This document shows positions 40,696 to 54,372 of a DNA stretch of 64,000 nucleotides, piece by piece. A program made the position numbers and the translations under genes. This DNA is from Auanema rhodensis (taxonomy: Eukaryota; Animalia; Nematoda). Numbering within the stretch: position 1 is the first letter of the stretch; each line of letters begins with the position of its first letter. Under the pieces are notes generated by a model. It made no database searches. It was not told the DNA's origin and was given only the letters and a program-made list of their open reading frames with translations. The DNA lies in the NCBI GenBank assembly GCA_964057225.1, contig OZ059900.1, positions 25,730,001-25,794,000 of the forward strand. Direction: 5' to 3'.

Positions 40696-43600
40696 CCTCA
40701 GAATATGCTAATTTCCTTAATTTTCTAACCCCTGTTTTTTTGTCGTGAAAGTGGAACTAGACGTTGTACGAACAATTTTGAGCTAGGTTTCATTGACATT
40801 GCATGAGTTTGAACACATGAAATCGTAAGTCAAAACCTTGTTTACAGCGAAATTTCCAAAAACTGGTTTTCCAGCATAATACAATATTTCTCATGGGAAA
40901 TACCGTGTTTTTGTATTTTTCTAGTGTTCAGAATGTAGAATGCTTCATTTTAGTACGTAACACGCTGAAATTCGTTGCATTTGACGACTCATATGAACAA
41001 AAATCGATTTAATCAATATTAGCCATAAGGGGCGTGCCCTCAGAATATGCTAATTTCCTTAATTTTCTAACCCCTGTTTTTTTGTCGTGAAAGTGGAACT
41101 AGACGTTGTAAGAACAATTTTGAGCTAGGTTTCATTGACATTGCATGAGTTTGAACACATGAAATCGTAAGTCAAAACCTTGTTTACAGCGAAATTTCCA
41201 AAAACTGGTTTTCCAGCATAATAAAATATTTCTCATGGGAAATACAGTGTTTTTGTATTTTTTTAGTGTTCAGCATGTGAAATGCGTCATTTTAGTATGT
41301 AAAACGCTGAAATTCGTTGCATTTGACGACTCATATGAACAAAAATCGATTTTATCAATATTAGCCATAAGGGGCGTGCCCTCAGAATATGCTAATTTCC
41401 TTAATTTTCTAACCCCTGTTTTTTTGTCGTGAAAGTGGAACTAGACGTTGTACGAACAATTTTGAGCTAGGTTTCATTGACATTGCATGAGTTTGAACAC
41501 ATGAAATCGTAAGTCAAAACCTTGTTTACAGCGAAATTTCCAAAAACTGGTTTTCCAGCATAATACAATATTTCTCATGGGAAATACTGTGTTTTTGTAT
41601 TTTTCTAGTGTTCAGAATGTAGAATGCTTCATTTTAGTACGTAACACGCTGAAATTCGTCGCATTTGACGACTCATATGAACAAAAATCGATTTAATCAA
41701 TATTAGCCATAAGGGGCGTGCCCTCAGAATATGCTAATTTCCTTAATTTTCTAACCCCTGTTTTTTTGTCGTGAAAGTGGAACTAGACGTTGTACGAACA
41801 ATTTTGAGCTAGGTTTCATTGACATTGCATGAGTTTGAACACATGAAATCGTAAGTCAAAACCTTGTTTACAGCGAAATTTCCAAAAACTGGTTTTCCAG
41901 CATAATAAAATATTTCTCATGGGAAATACTGTGTTTTTGTATTTTTCTAGTGTTCAGCATGTAAAATGCTTCATTTTAGTATGTAACACGCTGAAATTCG
42001 TTGCATTTGACGACTCATATGAACAAAAATCGATTTAATCAATATTAGCCATAAGGGGCGTGCCCTCAGAATATGCTAATTTCCTTAATTTTCTAACCCC
42101 TGTTTTTTTGTCGTGAAAGTGGAACTAGACGTTGTACGAACAATTTTGAGCTAGGTTTCATTGACATTGCATGAGTTTGAACACATGAAATCGTAAGTCA
42201 AAACCTTGTTTACAGCGAAATTTCCAAAAACTGGTTTTCCAGCATAATACAATATTTCTCATGGGAAACACTGTGTTTTTGTATTTTTTTAGTGTTCAGC
42301 ATGTAAAATGCGTCATTTTAGTATGTAAAACGCTGAAATTCGTTGCATTTGACGACTCATATGAACAAAAATCGATTTTATCAATATTAGCCATAAGGGG
42401 CGTGCCCTCAGAATATGCTAATTTCCTTAATTTTCTAACCCCTGTTTTTTTGTCGTGAAAGTGGAACTAGACGTTGTACGAACAATTTTGAGCTAGGTTT
42501 CATTGACATTGCATGAGTTTGAACACATGAAATCGTAAGTCAAAACCTTGTTTACAGCGAAATTTCCAAAAACTGGTTTTCCAGCATAATACAATATTTC
42601 TCATGGGAAATACCGTGTTTTTGTATTTTTCTAGTGTTCAGAATGTAGAATGCTTCATTTTAGTACGTAACACGCTGAAATTCGTTGCATTTGACGACTC
42701 ATATGAACAAAAATCGATTTAATCAATATTAGCCATAAGGGGCGTGCCCTCAGAATATGCTAATTTCCTTAATTTTCTAACCCCTGTTTTTTTGTCGTGA
42801 AAGTGGAACTAGACGTTGTAAGAACAATTTTGAGCTAGGTTTCATTGACATTGCATGAGTTTGAACACATGAAATCGTAAGTCAAAACCTTGTTTACAGC
42901 GAAATTTCCAAAAACTGGTTTTCCAGCATAATAAAATATTTCTCATGGGAAATACAGTGTTTTTGTATTTTTTTAGTGTTCAGCATGTGAAATGCGTCAT
43001 TTTAGTATGTAAAACGCTGAAATTCGTTGCATTTGACGACTCATATGAACAAAAATCGATTTTATCAATATTAGCCATAAGGGGCGTGCCCTCAGAATAT
43101 GCTAATTTCCTTAATTTTCTAACCCCTGTTTTTTTGTCGTGAAAGTGGAACTAGACGTTGTACGAACAATTTTGAGCTAGGTTTCATTGACATTGCATGA
43201 GTTTGAACACATGAAATCGTAAGTCAAAACCTTGTTTACAGCGAAATTTCCAAAAACTGGTTTTCCAGCATAATACAATATTTCTCATGGGAAATACTGT
43301 GTTTTTGTATTTTTCTAGTGTTCAGAATGTAGAATGCTTCATTTTAGTACGTAACACGCTGAAATTCGTCGCATTTGACGACTCATATGAACAAAAATCG
43401 ATTTAATCAATATTAGCCATAAGGGGCGTGCCCTCAGAATATGCTAATTTCCTTAATTTTCTAACCCCTGTTTTTTTGTCGTGAAAGTGGAACTAGACGT
43501 TGTACGAACAATTTTGAGCTAGGTTTCATTGACATTGCATGAGTTTGAACACATGAAATCGTAAGTCAAAACCTTGTTTACAGCGAAATTTCCAAAAACT

Positions 43601-44115
43601 GGTTTTCCAGCATAATAAAATATTTCTCATGGGAAATACTGTGTTTTTGTATTTTTCTAGTGTTCAGCATGTAAAATGCTTCATTTTAGTATGTAACACG
43701 CTGAAATTCGTTGCATTTGACGACTCATATGAACAAAAATCGATTTAATCAATATTAGCCATAAGGGGCGTGCCCTCAGAATATGCTAATTTCCTTAATT
43801 TTCTAACCCCTGTTTTTTTGTCGTGAAAGTGGAACTAGACGTTGTACGAACAATTTTGAGCTAGGTTTCATTGACATTGCATGAGTTTGAACACATGAAA
43901 TCGTAAGTCAAAACCTTGTTTACAGCGAAATTTCCAAAAACTGGTTTTCCAGCATAATACAATATTTCTCATGGGAAACACTGTGTTTTTGTTTTTTTTT
44001 AGTGTTCAGCATGTAAAATGCGTCATTTTAGTATGTAAAACGCTGAAATTCGTTGCATTTGACGACTCATATGAACAAAAATCGATTTTATCAATATTAG
44101 CCATAAGGGGCGTGC
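40696..44115. repeat. Local tandem duplication of a 5-monomer (1710 bp) unit
   Basis: B(ccg), A(gtaag+gtga), B(gtcgc), C, A(aaacac) twice. Markers at 41111/42821 and 41660/43370 are each 1710 apart. Confidence 0.8.
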
Positions 44116-47100
44116 CCTCAGAATATGCTAATTTCCTTAATTTTCTAACCCCTGTTTTTTTGTCGTGAAAGTGGAACTAGACGTTGTACGAACAATTTTG
44201 AGCTAGGTTTCATTGACATTGCATGAGTTTGAACACATGAAATCGTAAGTCAAAACCTTGTTTACAGCGAAATTTCCAAAAACTGGTTTTCCAGCATAAT
44301 ACAATATTTCTCATGGGAAATACCGTGTTTTTGTATTTTTCTAGTGTTCAGAATGTAGAATCTTCATTTTAGTACGTAACACGCTGAAATTCGTTGCATT
44401 TGACGACTCATATGAACAAAAATCGATTTAATCAATATTAGCCATAAGGGGCGTGCCCTCAGAATATGCTAATTTCCTTAATTTTCTAACCCCTGTTTTT
44501 TTGTCGTGAAAGTGGAACTAGACGTTGTACGAACAATTTTGAGCTAGGTTTCATTGACATTGCATGAGTTTGAACACATGAAATCGTAAGTCAAAACCTT
44601 GTTTACAGCGAAATTTCCAAAAACTGGTTTTCCAGCATAATAAAATATTTGTCATGGGAAATACAGTGTTTTTGTATTTTTTTAGTGTTCAGCATGTAAA
44701 ATGCGTCATTTTAGTATGTAAAACGCTGAAATTCGTTGCATTTGACGACTCATATGAACAAAAATCGATTTTATCAATATTAGCCATAAGGGGCGTGCCC
44801 TCAGAATATGCTAATTTCCTTAATTTTCTAACCCCTGTTTTTTTGTCGTGAAAGTGGAACTAGACGTTGTACGAACAATTTTGAGCTAGGTTTCATTGAC
44901 ATTGCATGAGTTTGAACACATGAAATCGTAAGTCAAAACCTTGTTTACAGCGAAATTTCCAAAAACTGGTTTTCCAGCATAATAAAATATTTCTCATGGG
45001 AAATACTGTGTTTTTGTATTTTTCTAGTGTTCAGCATGTAAAATGCTTCATTTTAGTATGTAACACGCTGAAATTCGTTGCATTTGACGACTCATATGAA
45101 CAAAAATCGATTTAATCAATATTAGCCATAAGGGGCGTGCCCTCAGAATATGCTAATTTCCTTAATTTTCTAACCCCTGTTTTTTTGTCGTGAAAGTGGA
45201 ACTAGACGTTGTACGAACAATTTTGAGCTAGGTTTCATTGACATTGCATGAGTTTGAACACATGAAATCGTAAGTCAAAACCTTGTTTACAGCGAAATTT
45301 CCAAAAACTGGTTTTCCAGCATAATACAATATTTCTCATGGGAAACACTGTGTTTTTGTTTTTTTTTAGTGTTCAGCATGTAAAATGCGTCATTTTAGTA
45401 TGTAAAACGCTGAAATTCGTTGCATTTGACGACTCATATGAACAAAAATCGATTTTATCAATATTAGCCATAAGGGGCGTGCCCTCAGAATATGCTAATT
45501 TCCTTAATTTTCTAACCCCTGTTTTTTTGTCGTGAAAGTGGAACTAGACGTTGTACGAACAATTTTGAGCTAGGTTTCATTGACATTGCATGAGTTTGAA
45601 CACATGAAATCGTAAGTCAAAACCTTGTTTACAGCGAAATTTCCAAAAACTGGTTTTCCAGCATAATACAATATTTCTCATGGGAAATACCGTGTTTTTG
45701 TATTTTTCTAGTGTTCAGAATGTAGAATGCTTCATTTTAGTACGTAACACGCTGAAATTCGTTGCATTTGACGACTCATATGAACAAAAATCGATTTTAT
45801 CAATATTAGCCATAAGGGGCGTGCCCTCAGAATATGCTAATTTCCTTAATTTTCTAACCCCTGTTTTTTTGTCGTGAAAGTGGAACTAGACGTTGTACGA
45901 ACAATTTTGAGCTAGGTTTCATTGACATTGCATGAGTTTGAACACATGAAATCGTAAGTCAAAACCTTGTTTACAGCGAAATTTCCAAAAACTGGTTTTC
46001 CAGCATAATACAATATTTCTCATGGGAAATACCGTGTTTTTGTATTTTTCTAGTGTTCAGAATGTAGAATCTTCATTTTAGTACGTAACACGCTGAAATT
46101 CGTTGCATTTGACGACTCATATGAACAAAAATCGATTTAATCAATATTAGCCATAAGGGGCGTGCCCTCAGAATATGCTAATTTCCTTAATTTTCTAACC
46201 CCTGTTTTTTTGTCGTGAAAGTGGAACTAGACGTTGTACGAACAATTTTGAGCTAGGTTTCATTGACATTGCATGAGTTTGAACACATGAAATCGTAAGT
46301 CAAAACCTTGTTTACAGCGAAATTTCCAAAAACTGGTTTTCCAGCATAATAAAATATTTGTCATGGGAAATACAGTGTTTTTGTATTTTTTTAGTGTTCA
46401 GCATGTAAAATGCGTCATTTTAGTATGTAAAACGCTGAAATTCGTTGCATTTGACGACTCATATGAACAAAAATCGATTTTATCAATATTAGCCATAAGG
46501 GGCGTGCCCTCAGAATATGCTAATTTCCTTAATTTTCTAACCCCTGTTTTTTTGTCGTGAAAGTGGAACTAGACGTTGTACGAACAATTTTGAGCTAGGT
46601 TTCATTGACATTGCATGAGTTTGAACACATGAAATCGTAAGTCAAAACCTTGTTTACAGCGAAATTTCCAAAAACTGGTTTTCCAGCATAATACAATATT
46701 TCTCATGGGATATACTGTGTTTTTGTATTTTTCTAGTGTTCAGAATGTAGAATGCTTCATTTTAGTACGTAACACGCTGAAATTCGTTGCATTTGACGAC
46801 TCATATGAACAAAAATCGATTTAATCAATATTAGCCATAAGGGGCGTGCCCTCAGAATATGCTAATTTCCTTAATTTTCTAACCCCTGTTTTTTTGTCGT
46901 GAAAGTGGAACTAGACGTTGTACGAACAATTTTGAGCTAGGTTTCATTGACATTGCATGAGTTTGAACACATGAAATCGTAAGTCAAAACCTTGTTTACA
47001 GCGAAATTTCCAAAAACTGGTTTTCCAGCATAATAAAATATTTCTCATGGGAAATACTGTGTTTTTGTATTTTTCTAGTGTTCAGCATGTGAAATGCTTC

Positions 47101-50100
47101 ATTTTAGTATGTAACACGCTGAAATTCGTTGCATTTGACGACTCATATGAACAAAAATCGATTTAATCAATATTAGCCATAAGGGGCGTGCCCTCAGAAT
47201 ATGCTAATTTCCTTAATTTTCTAACCCCTGTTTTTTTGTCGTGAAAGTGGAACTAGACGTTGTACGAACAATTTTGAGCTAGGTTTCATTGACATTGCAT
47301 GAGTTTGAACACATGAAATCGTAAGTCAAAACCTTGTTTACAGCGAAATTTCCAAAAACTGGTTTTCCAGCATAATACAATATTTCTCATGGGAAATACC
47401 GTGTTTTTGTATTTTTCTAGTGTTCAGAATGTAGAATGCTTCATTTTAGTACGTAACACGCTGAAATTCGTTGCATTTGACGACTCATATGAACAAAAAT
47501 CGATTTAATCAATATTAGCCATAAGGGGCGTGCCCTCAGAATATGCTAATTTCCTTAATTTTCTAACCCCTGTTTTTTTGTCGTGAAAGTGGAACTAGAC
47601 GTTGTACGAACAATTTTGAGCTAGGTTTCATTGACATTGCATGAGTTTGAACACATGAAATCGTAAGTCAAAACCTTGTTTACAGCGAAATTTCCAAAAA
47701 CTGGTTTTCCAGCATAATAAAATATTTGTCATGGGAAATACAGTGTTTTTGTATTTTTTTAGTGTTCAGCATGTAAAATGCGTCATTTTAGTATGTAAAA
47801 CGCTGAAATTCGTTGCATTTGACGACTCATATGAACAAAAATCGATTTTATCAATATTAGCCATAAGGGGCGTGCCCTCAGAATATGCTAATTTCCTTAA
47901 TTTTCTAACCCCTGTTTTTTTGTCGTGAAAGTGGAACTAGACGTTGTACGAACAATTTTGAGCTAGGTTTCATTGACATTGCATGAGTTTGAACACATGA
48001 AATCGTAAGTCAAAACCTTGTTTACAGCGAAATTTCCAAAAACTGGTTTTCCAGCATAATACAATATTTCTCATGGGAAATACTGTGTTTTTGTATTTTT
48101 CTAGTGTTCAGAATGTAGAATGCTTCATTTTAGTACGTAACACGCTGAAATTCGTCGCATTTGACGACTCATATGAACAAAAATCGATTTAATCAATATT
48201 AGCCATAAGGGGCGTGCCCTCAGAATATGCTAATTTCCTTAATTTTCTAACCCCTGTTTTTTTGTCGTGAAAGTGGAACTAGACGTTGTACGAACAATTT
48301 TGAGCTAGGTTTCATTGACATTGCATGAGTTTGAACACATGAAATCGTAAGTCAAAACCTTGTTTACAGCGAAATTTCCAAAAACTGGTTTTCCAGCATA
48401 ATAAAATATTTCTCATGGGAAATACTGTGTTTTTGTATTTTTCTAGTGTTCAGCATGTAAAATGCTTCATTTTAGTATGTAACACGCTGAAATTCGTTGC
48501 ATTTGACGACTCATATGAACAAAAATCGATTTAATCAATATTAGCCATAAGGGGCGTGCCCTCAGAATATGCTAATTTCCTTAATTTTCTAACCCCTGTT
48601 TTTTTGTCGTGAAAGTGGAACTAGACGTTGTACGAACAATTTTGAGCTAGGTTTCATTGACATTGCATGAGTTTGAACACATGAAATCGTAAGTCAAAAC
48701 CTTGTTTACAGCGAAATTTCCAAAAACTGGTTTTCCAGCATAATAAAATATTTCTCATGGGAAATACTGTGTTTTTGTATTTTTCTAGTGTTCAGCATGT
48801 GAAATGCTTCATTTTAGTATGTAACACGCTGAAATTCGTTGCATTTGACGACTCATATGAACAAAAATCGATTTAATCAATATTAGCCATAAGGGGCGTG
48901 CCCTCATAATATGCTAATTTCCTTAATTTTCTAACCCCTGTTTTTTTGTCGTGAAAGTGGAACTAGACGTTGTACGAACAATTTTGAGCTAGGTTTCATT
49001 GACATTGCATGAGTTTGAACACATGAAATCGTAAGTCAAAACCTTGTTTACAGCGAAATTTCCAAAAACTGGTTTTCCAGCATAATAAAATATTTCTCAT
49101 GGGAAATACAGTGTTTTTGTATTTTTTTAGTGTTCAGCATGTAAAATGCGTCATTTTAGTATGTAAAACGCTGAAATTCGTTGCATTTGACGACTCATAT
49201 GAACAAAAATCGATTTTATCAATATTAGCCATAAGGGGCGTGCCCTCAGAATATGCTAATTTCCTTAATTTTCTAACCCCTGTTTTTTTGTCGTGAAAGT
49301 GGAACTAGACGTTGTACGAACAATTTTGAGCTAGGTTTCATTGACATTGCATGAGTTTGAACACATGAAATCGTAAGTCAAAACCTTGTTTACAGCGAAA
49401 TTTCCAAAAACTGGTTTTCCAGCATAATAAAATATTTCTCATGGGAAATACAGTGTTTTTGTATTTTTTTAGTGTTCAGCATGTAAAATGCGTCATTTTA
49501 GTATGTAAAACGCTGAAATTCGTTGCATTTGACGACTCATATGAACAAAAATCGATTTTATCAATATTAGCCATAAGGGGCGTGCCCTCAGAATATGCTA
49601 ATTTCCTTAATTTTCTAACCCCTGTTTTTTTGTCGTGAAAGTGGAACTAGACGTTGTACGAACAATTTTGAGCTAGGTTTCATTGACATTGCATGAGTTT
49701 GAACACATGAAATCGTAAGTCAAAACCTTGTTTACAGCGAAATTTCCAAAAACTGGTTTTCCAGCATAATACAATATTTCTCATGGGAAATACTGTGTTT
49801 TTGTATTTTTCTAGTGTTCAGAATGTAGAATGCTTCATTTTAGTACGTAACACGCTGAAATTCGTTGCATTTGACGACTCATATGAACAAAAATCGATTT
49901 AATCAATATTAGCCATAAGGGGCGTGCCCTCAGAATATGCTAATTTCCTTAATTTTCTAACCCCTGTTTTTTTGTCGTGAAAGTGGAACTAGACGTTGTA
50001 CGAACAATTTTGAGCTAGGTTTCATTGACATTGCATGAGTTTGAACACATGAAATCGTAAGTCAAAACCTTGTTTACAGCGAAATTTCCAAAAACTGGTT

Positions 50101-51978
50101 TTCCAGCATAATAAAATATTTCTCATGGGAAATACTGTGTTTTTGTATTTTTCTAGTGTTCAGCATGTAAAATGCTTCATTTTAGTATGTAACACGCTGA
50201 AATTCGTTGCATTTGACGACTCATATGAACAAAAATCGATTTAATCAATATTAGCCATAAGGGGCGTGCCCTCAGAATATGCTAATTTCCTTAATTTTCT
50301 AACCCCTGTTTTTTTGTCGTGAAAGTGGAACTAGACGTTGTACGAACAATTTTGAGCTAGGTTTCATTGACATTGCATGAGTTTGAACACATGAAATCGT
50401 AAGTCAAAACCTTGTTTACAGCGAAATTTCCAAAAACTGGTTTTCCAGCATAATACAATATTTCTCATGGGAAACACTGTGTTTTTGTATTTTTTTAGTG
50501 TTCAGCATGTAAAATGCGTCATTTTAGTATGTAAAACGCTGAAATTCGTTGCATTTGACGACTCATATGAACAAAAATCGATTTTATCAATATTAGCCAT
50601 AAGGGGCGTGCCCTCAGAATATGCTAATTTCCTTAATTTTCTAACCCCTGTTTTTTTGTCGTGAAAGTGGAACTAGACGTTGTACGAACAATTTTGAGCT
50701 AGGTTTCATTGACATTGCATGAGTTTGAACACATGAAATCGTAAGTCAAAACCTTGTTTACAGCGAAATTTCCAAAAACTGGTTTTCCAGCATAATACAA
50801 TATTTCTCATGGGAAATACCGTGTTTTTGTATTTTTCTAGTGTTCAGAATGTAGAATGCTTCATTTTAGTACGTAACACGCTGAAATTCGTTGCATTTGA
50901 CGACTCATATGAACAAAAATCGATTTTATCAATATTAGCCATAAGGGGCGTGCCCTCAGAATATGCTAATTTCCTTAATTTTCTAACCCCTGTTTTTTTG
51001 TCGTGAAAGTGGAACTAGACGTTGTACGAACAATTTTGAACTAGGTTTCATTGACATTGCATGAGTTTGAACACATGAAATCGTAAGTCAAAACCTTGTT
51101 TACAGCGAAATTTCCAAAAACTGGTTTTCCAGCATAATACAATATTTCTCATGGGAAATACCGTGTTTTTGTATTTTTCTAGTGTTCAGAATGTAGAATC
51201 TTCATTTTAGTACGTAACACGCTGAAATTCGTTGCATTTGACGACTCATATGAACAAAAATCGATTTAATCAATATTAGCCATAAGGGGCGTGCCCTCAG
51301 AATATGCTAATTTCCTTAATTTTCTAACCCCTGTTTTTTTGTCGTGAAAGTGGAACTAGACGTTGTACGAACAATTTTGAGCTAGGTTTCATTGACATTG
51401 CATGAGTTTGAACACATGAAATCGTAAGTCAAAACCTTGTTTACAGCGAAATTTCCAAAAACTGGTTTTCCAGCATAATCAAATATTTGTCATGGGAAAT
51501 ACAGTGTTTTTGTATTTTTTTAGTGTTCAGCATGTAAAATGCGTCATTTTAGTATGTAAAACGCTGAAATTCGTTGCATTTGACGACTCATATGAACAAA
51601 AATCGATTTTATCAATATTAGCCATAAGGGGCGTGCCCTCAGAATATGCTAATTTCCTTAATTTTCTAACCCCTGTTTTTTTGTCGTGAAAGTGGAACTA
51701 GACGTTGTACGAACAATTTTGAGCTAGGTTTCATTGACATTGCATGAGTTTGAACACATGAAATCGTAAGTCAAAACCTTGTTTACAGCGAAATTTCCAA
51801 AAACTGGTTTTCCAGCATAATAAAATATTTGTCATGGGAAATACAGTGTTTTTGTATTTTTTTAGTGTTCAGCATGTAAAATGCGTCATTTTAGTATGTA
51901 AAACGCTGAAATTCGTTGCATTTGACGACTCATATGAACAAAAATCGATTTTATCAATATTAGCCATAAGGGGCGTGC

Positions 51979-54372
51979 CCTCAGAATATGCTAATTTCCT
52001 TAATTTTCTAACCCCTGTTTTTTTGTCGTGAAAGTGGAACTAGACGTTGTACGAACAATTTTGAGCTAGGTTTCATTGACATTGCATGAGTTTGAACACA
52101 TGAAATCGTAAGTCAAAACCTTGTTTACAGCGAAATTTCCAAAAACTGGTTTTCCAGCATAATACAATATTTCTCATGGGATATACTGTGTTTTTGTATT
52201 TTTCTAGTGTTCAGAATGTAGAATGCTTCATTTTAGTACGTAACACGCTGAAATTCGTTGCATTTGACGACTCATATGAACAAAAATCGATTTAATCAAT
52301 ATTAGCCATAAGGGGCGTGCCCTCAGAATATGCTAATTTCCTTAATTTTCTAACCCCTGTTTTTTTGTCGTGAAAGTGGAACTAGACGTTGTACGAACAA
52401 TTTTGAGCTAGGTTTCATTGACATTGCATGAGTTTGAACACATGAAATCGTAGGTCAAAACCTTGTTTACAGCGAAATTTCCAAAAACTGGTTTTCCAGC
52501 ATAATAAAATATTTCTCATGGGAAATACTGTGTTTTTGTATTTTTCTAGTGTTCAGCATGTGAAATGCTTCATTTTAGTATGTAACACGCTGAAATTCGT
52601 TGCATTTGACGACTCATATGAACAAAAATCGATTTAATCAATATTAGCCATAAGGGGCGTGCCCTCAGAATATGCTAATTTCCTTAATTTTCTAACCCCT
52701 GTTTTTTTGTCGTGAAAGTGGAACTAGACGTTGTACGAACAATTTTGAGCTAGGTTTCATTGACATTGCATGAGTTTGAACACATGAAATCGTAAGTCAA
52801 AACCTTGTTTACAGCGAAATTTCCAAAAACTGGTTTTCCAGCATAATACAATATTTCTCATGGGAAATACCGTGTTTTTGTATTTTTCTAGTGTTCAGAA
52901 TGTAGAATGCTTCATTTTAGTACGTAACACGCTGAAATTCGTTGCATTTGACGACTCATATGAACAAAAATCGATTTAATCAATATTAGCCATAAGGGGC
53001 GTGCCCTCAGAATATGCTAATTTCCTTAATTTTCTAACCCCTGTTTTTTTGTCGTGAAAGTGGAACTAGACGTTGTACGAACAATTTTGAGCTAGGTTTC
53101 ATTGACATTGCATGAGTTTGAACACATGAAATCGTAAGTCAAAACCTTGTTTACAGCGAAATTTCCAAAAACTGGTTTTCCAGCATAATAAAATATTTGT
53201 CATGGGAAATACAGTGTTTTTGTATTTTTTTAGTGTTCAGCATGTAAAATGCGTCATTTTAGTATGTAAAACGCTGAAATTCGTTGCATTTGACGACTCA
53301 TATGAACAAAAATCGATTTTATCAATATTAGCCATAAGGGGCGTGCCCTCAGAATATGCTAATTTCCTTAATTTTCTAACCCCTGTTTTTTTGTCGTGAA
53401 AGTGGAACTAGACGTTGTACGAACAATTTTGAGCTAGGTTTCATTGACATTGCATGAGTTTGAACACATGAAATCGTAAGTCAAAACCTTGTTTACAGCG
53501 AAATTTCCAAAAACTGGTTTTCCAGCATAATACAATATTTCTCATGGGATATACTGTGTTTTTGTATTTTTCTAGTGTTCAGAATGTAGAATGCTTCATT
53601 TTAGTACGTAACACGCTGAAATTCGTTGCATTTGACGACTCATATGAACAAAAATCGATTTAATCAATATTAGCCATAAGGGGCGTGCCCTCAGAATATG
53701 CTAATTTCCTTAATTTTCTAACCCCTGTTTTTTTGTCGTGAAAGTGGAACTAGACGTTGTACGAACAATTTTGAGCTAGGTTTCATTGACATTGCATGAG
53801 TTTGAACACATGAAATCGTAAGTCAAAACCTTGTTTACAGCGAAATTTCCAAAAACTGGTTTTCCAGCATAATAAAATATTTCTCATGGGAAATACTGTG
53901 TTTTTGTATTTTTCTAGTGTTCAGCATGTGAAATGCTTCATTTTAGTATGTAACACGCTGAAATTCGTTGCATTTGACGACTCATATGAACAAAAATCGA
54001 TTTAATCAATATTAGCCATAAGGGGCGTGCCCTCAGAATATGCTAATTTCCTTAATTTTCTAACCCCTGTTTTTCTGTCGTGAAAGTGGAACTAGACGTT
54101 GTACGAACAATTTTGAGCTAGGTTTCATTGACATTGCATGAGTTTGAACACATGAAATCGTAAGTCAAAACCTTGTTTACAGCGAAATTTCCAAAAACTG
54201 GTTTTCCAGCATAATAAAATATTTCTCATGGGAAATACAGTGTTTTTGTATTTTTTTAGTGTTCAGCATGTAAAATGCGTCATTTTAGTATGTAAAACGC
54301 TGAAATTCGTTGCATTTGACGACTCATATGAACAAAAATCGATTTTATCAATATTAGCCATAAGGGGCGTGC
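51979..54372. repeat. 7-monomer block matching 35566-37959
   Basis: Shared order and rare SNPs at offset 16413 (48 monomers minus 3 deletions). Confidence 0.78.
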
